From Oikopleura dioica (Eukaryota; Animalia; Chordata): 64,000 bases of DNA. Below the pieces are notes generated by a model. It did no database searches. It was not told the origin of the DNA and worked only from the letters and a program-made list of their open reading frames with translations. Made by a program: the position numbers and the translations under genes. The stretch lies in NCBI GenBank assembly GCA_907165135.1, contig OU015566.1:13144001-13208000 (forward strand), given 5' to 3'. Positions 59,688 through 64,000 of the stretch are shown piece after piece (the stretch's first letter is position 1; each line of letters opens with the position of its first letter).

Positions 59688-60674
59688 TTAGTAGCTGATG
59701 TTCTCGCCTTCTGGACACGTTTTTTGGATAGAGCCATCTGCGCAACATTGCCTTAACAATTGGTAATCACTGGTAAATAGCAATTAGCATGGGGATTAGC
59801 TAATTTCGTGTAATTAGGATTAGAAGATAGCTTTTCTTGATAAGAAAAAATTACTTGGCTAGCTTGTTGTATCGCATAAACGCCGTGTCCTTCGATTCGG
59901 GTTGGCAGCAAGCAGGTTCTCGAGCTTCAATCACTAGAAATAAACGGTAAGTTCTGTAGTTTTTTTTGCGAAAAACCTTCATCAGAGGGATGGCACCAAA
60001 AATCGTCCTTGAAGTCGAAACCAATCGTAGTGAAGAAAAAGTCGTATTTGACGTCGTAAATGGCAGTTCCTCCCTGAGCAAGTCTGATAGCCAAACGCTT
60101 GTCGCATTCGAACACATTTCTTCTGCACGTTCCAACGGGATTCGCTGAGACCAGCTCTCCTTCTTCTGACAAGCTCCAACTGAGGAAATTAACGAGGGAA
60201 GTTGGCTAGAATCTTACTTGTATCTCGTGTTGTCTGCCAGACAGTCTTCACCGATTTCTTCTCGGAGACATTTTCCGCAAGCCCTGTACTCCTAGAAATA
60301 TTTTCAATCAGATGCTCTTTTGACAAGCTCTTTGTAGCCAAAACTCGGTATATTTTGGTAGTCCTTCCCTAAACCAGCCTGGGCTTACCTTGAAGATCTT
60401 ATCGAGCTCGTCGACGGGCGCGCCGAATCCCGAGTGGGCGAGGGGATTAGCCACTTCCGGTGCATTCATTTGCCCGTTGCAGCCGTAATTGAAATAGGTC
60501 TTTTCATCGAACTCCGGAAAGACGGCTTTAATCATGCTTACCAATTGATTGTACTTTCGTGGCTCGGGCGAAAACGCCATCTAATAATTAAAAAATAAAT
60601 CCCCTAAATCTTATTAGACCAACCTGAGAAGCGACGAAAGAAGATAAAATAGAGCCACTAGCAAACAATCTCAT
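59688..60674 (-). CDS. Secreted phospholipase A2-like domain protein, 220 aa, catalytically degenerate
   Basis: Six phase-consistent GT-AG exons: 60674-60624, 60580-60389, 60291-60218, 60179-59977, 59933-59855, 59751-59688. Signal peptide MRLFASGSILSSFVASQ; YFNYGCNG...GFGAPVDELDKIFKEYRACGKC; GTCRRNVFECDKRLA; C-terminal CCQP..QCCADGSIQKTC. Confidence 0.88.
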
Positions 60675-60888
60675 AATTATAAAAAAACGATCAAAAACTT
60701 CTCTCAATTTTCTGACGGTCATTTTTGAAACTGACTGACTCAGGCTTATAAATCAGAAACTAATCTGGAACGAATGGAAACATGGGGCAAATCTAAGATT
60801 GCGGTGGTCTGACAATTAAACTTTCGTCTTATAGGCATGCTAATTTGTGAGGTCATTTTGGACACTTGCGCGTGCGTTTATTGTTTTT

Positions 60889-63800
60889 TTAGAGAAGGTG
60901 GTAGACAGAAACGGAGCTTGGGACTTGGGTTGTGAGCGGGGCAGCGGTGATAATTACATCTGGATGGTGCTTGAGAATATTTTGCAAATGGCTGTTCAGA
61001 TCTTCAGCGCTGTCGAACTAAAATGAGTAATAAGAACTGCATTGCACTAAAGAACAAACCGGAAACATGCGGACATCTCCAACCGACCAGTGCGCAATCG
61101 ACCCATGTCCACAAATTCGACCGTTGAGATCAAGAACGAAAACTGACAAGCTTTCATCTTCTGATAAAAGTCTACAAACGTTTCGGCAAAAATTTTCGTC
61201 GTCAATTGTTTTGATCGTTTTCTTCGTTGCTATCAGTTCTTCAGCCTGAATTGAATAAGCGTTTTTGGTGTGAAAAGAAGTTTCGCTACCTTTTTGAGAT
61301 TTGCCTTGTCCACTTTTGGTAAAACGACAGAAATTGTCAGCGCGACAACTTTTCCAATTTCCAATAAGGAAATTTCATGCAGCGTTCCTTCAATGAAATA
61401 CTGCCCGTCAAAACAACCCTGTTCCAGATTTGAATTCTCGCACTTTCTTATCGTTTCGTTCTGTAATATATCACATGGATTTTCAGTGTACGAGGTGACC
61501 ACAGTTTTTCGACCTTCATCAGTTTGAAAGCGCAGCCGAATCTTTTTAGCGTCGATTTCGATTTTGTACAGGTACTGTGCGTCTTCAACATTTCTAGAGA
61601 AGCATTAACAAATTTGCAGCGTTCTTTTTTCACCTGAGGAATTCTTCTATTTGCGGTGGAAAGATTTCAGTCAGAGCTTCGAAGTCGCGCATCACATGAC
61701 CAGTCATGCCTTTTGCAACTACTGTCACGTCAGTTTGATTGCTTGAGAAAATATTTCTTTGATTCAATTTGAAGAAGCGTCGTTTTACCTGGTTCGCTTC
61801 AAGTACTCATCTGGATCTTGTCTGAACTCGTATCGTTTAGGAATCCTGATCGAAACAGACTCAGGCATAGATCGACCTGGTCCGGAGCTCTGATCGGATG
61901 AAGCACAGTCAGAAACATAAACGGGCTGCTGACTTGGCCTCGGTGGAGATCCTCGACCCATGGACTCTCGGAAGCCGCTGTTGGATGTACTCGATGCTAG
62001 AAAACCGATGATTTCAGGGCTTTAAAACTCTTGGCTACCAATAGAAGCGATAAGCTTGAGTCCAAATCTATCAGACTCTCGATCTTCGTCTGCTCGTGGA
62101 TCTTGCCCCGGCGCTAGAAGCGTCAAATCGCACAAATTCGGCAGTGATATTGAAAAACGAGGACTAAAATAGATTCCGTTAATGAGTGTCGAAAGAAAAA
62201 GTGTCTGACTTGAGATTGGATTCGATTTCCTCTCGATACGGTCGTGAAGAAACATCGCTGCCACAGAGCGAGTACTCTTCGTCTTCTTCATCAGGGCTCT
62301 TCAGGTTGTTTTCAAGCGTATCCGGAAGCGACTGAGTCGAGAAGCGCAGACTTTCATGCAAATCACCAAGGTTTAGGAGGCCAAAGCCCAAGTTTGTTGT
62401 TTCAAAACTCTGCACACCACTTGTTGAGTCATCTTGTTTCACCGGATTAATTTCATTTCATATCATGCATCATGCAAAAAACTCAAATAACAAGTAAAGC
62501 CCGGACCTTCGATTTCTCCATCGGACCAAAAATCTCTCAAGAATCGGAAATTATCGCTAAACTCGAAAGTATTTCCCTTGAATGAGCTGCTCTTTCGCCG
62601 TAAAAGTCGTTGGTACTTAGCATAACTGAATGATTAACTACAGTAGAATACTGATATGAGTGTGGCTATTAAACCTGTCTCTGCGTCTAATTATCCGTCC
62701 AGCTCCAACCGTCGGCCGTCGTGAAAAGTATCGATTAGACGGCGCCGATTCCAGCGAGCTGTAAATCGAGTCGTCCCTTTCGGCCACGAGACCAACGCTC
62801 GTGCCGTTCAGTAAAAACACGCTACTGTGATCTTGAAGAAACGTTAGCAACTTATTCGTTTGAAGCTCAATTTGCGGATTCTTCTTCAGCTCATTGGCGA
62901 TGTCGTCGAGGTTCATTTCTCCGTTGTGTCGAGCAACAAGTCGCGTGAGGAATTCCATCGCATCAGCTTCAACAGCTGATGATTTCGAGTCTGTTTCTTC
63001 GTCGACTGGAATGATGACTTCTTCATGCTTGGGAATAAGGATCATTTTTGAGCTCAAAAAGGAGAATGAATGAAGTTTGATCCTTTTCTTGGAAGGTGAA
63101 TGTGCCTTGAATGAGCATTTTGTTCGATTGGCCGACTTTTATGGAGTTTTTTGAGTTCTTTTCAACGAAAAATCGGGTTAAAATAAAGTCCATTCCTTAG
63201 AACATGAACAGTCAGAGCAATCCACGGAAAGTTATTTAGATGACTGTAACTCGTCGCCGCTAAAAATTGTAATCATCAGCAAGGCAGTGGAATCATACAT
63301 GGAATATTTCTAATAACGGCCGCTTGAATCAATTGTCCAGCGGAGCATTTTTCGCGGGCGTCGTAAACGGTCTCGCAATTGCCGATGGAAAGCGCGTGAT
63401 TGTCTTCCTTGATTTCAAAAAATGATTTATTTATGAAAAAAGGAGGGGTATTTTGAAATCCTGGCGAAGAAGCAACGGTCGGATTGGGAGACGATTATGC
63501 CGTAAGTAGGGTAGATTTCCTGAATGACGCCATGGATGATGTTGATTTCTGAGCCGTAATGCAGAAGATCTGGGGAGAGAGGTCTTTTATTGGCTTAGAA
63601 AATATCAGAGTACGAGGTTTGAGAACAGTAAGCCAACGAGCCTGATTGGCAGAAAATAGACCATGCCAACTTGATACCGAAAAAGTGACGGGTATTTCAG
63701 CAGAAGTCGCTGAAGCGTAGGAGATCCGCCAGAGAATCGTATCTGATGCTCTAAATTCAGTACGAGCTGGTTGATATGCAAATGCTGGTTGTTAATGCTG

Positions 63801-64000
63801 AGCCATTGAGAACAGAGACGGAGAATTTCCAACTCCTGCAGATTTGCATGACTGTGTACGTCTTCCACAGGTGTCTCCAACGAAGCATGTCCCTCAACGA
63901 GAGATACTTCCTCGTCCTGAACTCTGAATGTATTTTCGTGACGCGCGAAGAATCGCCGTAATCCGTCCATTCCGCCAATGTACGCCCGAGCGGCTGCTTT
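60889..64000 (-). CDS. Egalitarian/EXD1-like protein (winged-helix repeats, OB-like segment, degenerate 3'-5' exonuclease); 5' end lies beyond the window
   Basis: AYIGGMDGLRRFFARHENTFRV, GGSPTLQRLLLKYPSLFRY and AMEFLTRLV...LLTFLQDHSSVFLL resemble Egl-type winged helices. HGVIQEIYPTYGII is OB/cold-shock-like. The last exons read SVFVLDLNGRICGHGSIAHWSVGDVRMFP|FDSAEDLNSHLQNILKHHP...LL* (stop 60889-60891). Confidence 0.68.

Noticed and set aside
1-64000. Autonomous transposase, reverse transcriptase, Fanzor/TnpB, rRNA or tRNA genes
   Set aside because: I recognised no ORF or motif for these; short or highly spliced examples could have been missed without tools.

Overview
AT-rich eukaryotic genomic DNA, not prokaryotic. 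It is most likely a larvacean tunicate such as Oikopleura; this is an inference from many 36-50 bp introns, GA/GC splice donors, and PLA2-like and Kelch-like families typical of that lineage. The window has five parts. (1) 1-997: a 56/57-bp minisatellite. (2) 3605-12362: the 3' half of a gamma-tubulin complex component 2 gene (TUBGCP2), rebuilt here from 10 small exons over 8.8 kb; three of its nine introns need non-GT donors. (3) 12.6-38.7 kb: a gene-poor stretch full of non-autonomous DNA transposons (TTAA-flanked Kolobok-like, 8-bp-TSD hAT-like, fold-backs, 30-62 bp micro-elements) with scattered unidentified exon candidates. (4) 39.1-41.5 kb: an orphan GC3-rich three-exon gene with its own TATA/Inr promoter. 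(5) 46.8-58.4 kb: a scrambled cluster of Cys-rich membrane-protein paralogs, a disrupted Kelch-like gene and an orphaned tomosyn-type R-SNARE end, followed by three minus-strand genes (a membrane protein, a catalytically dead PLA2-like secreted protein, and an Egalitarian/EXD1-like protein with a degenerate exonuclease). I found no transposase, rRNA, tRNA or CRISPR array. All homology calls come from recalled family motifs, not database searches.
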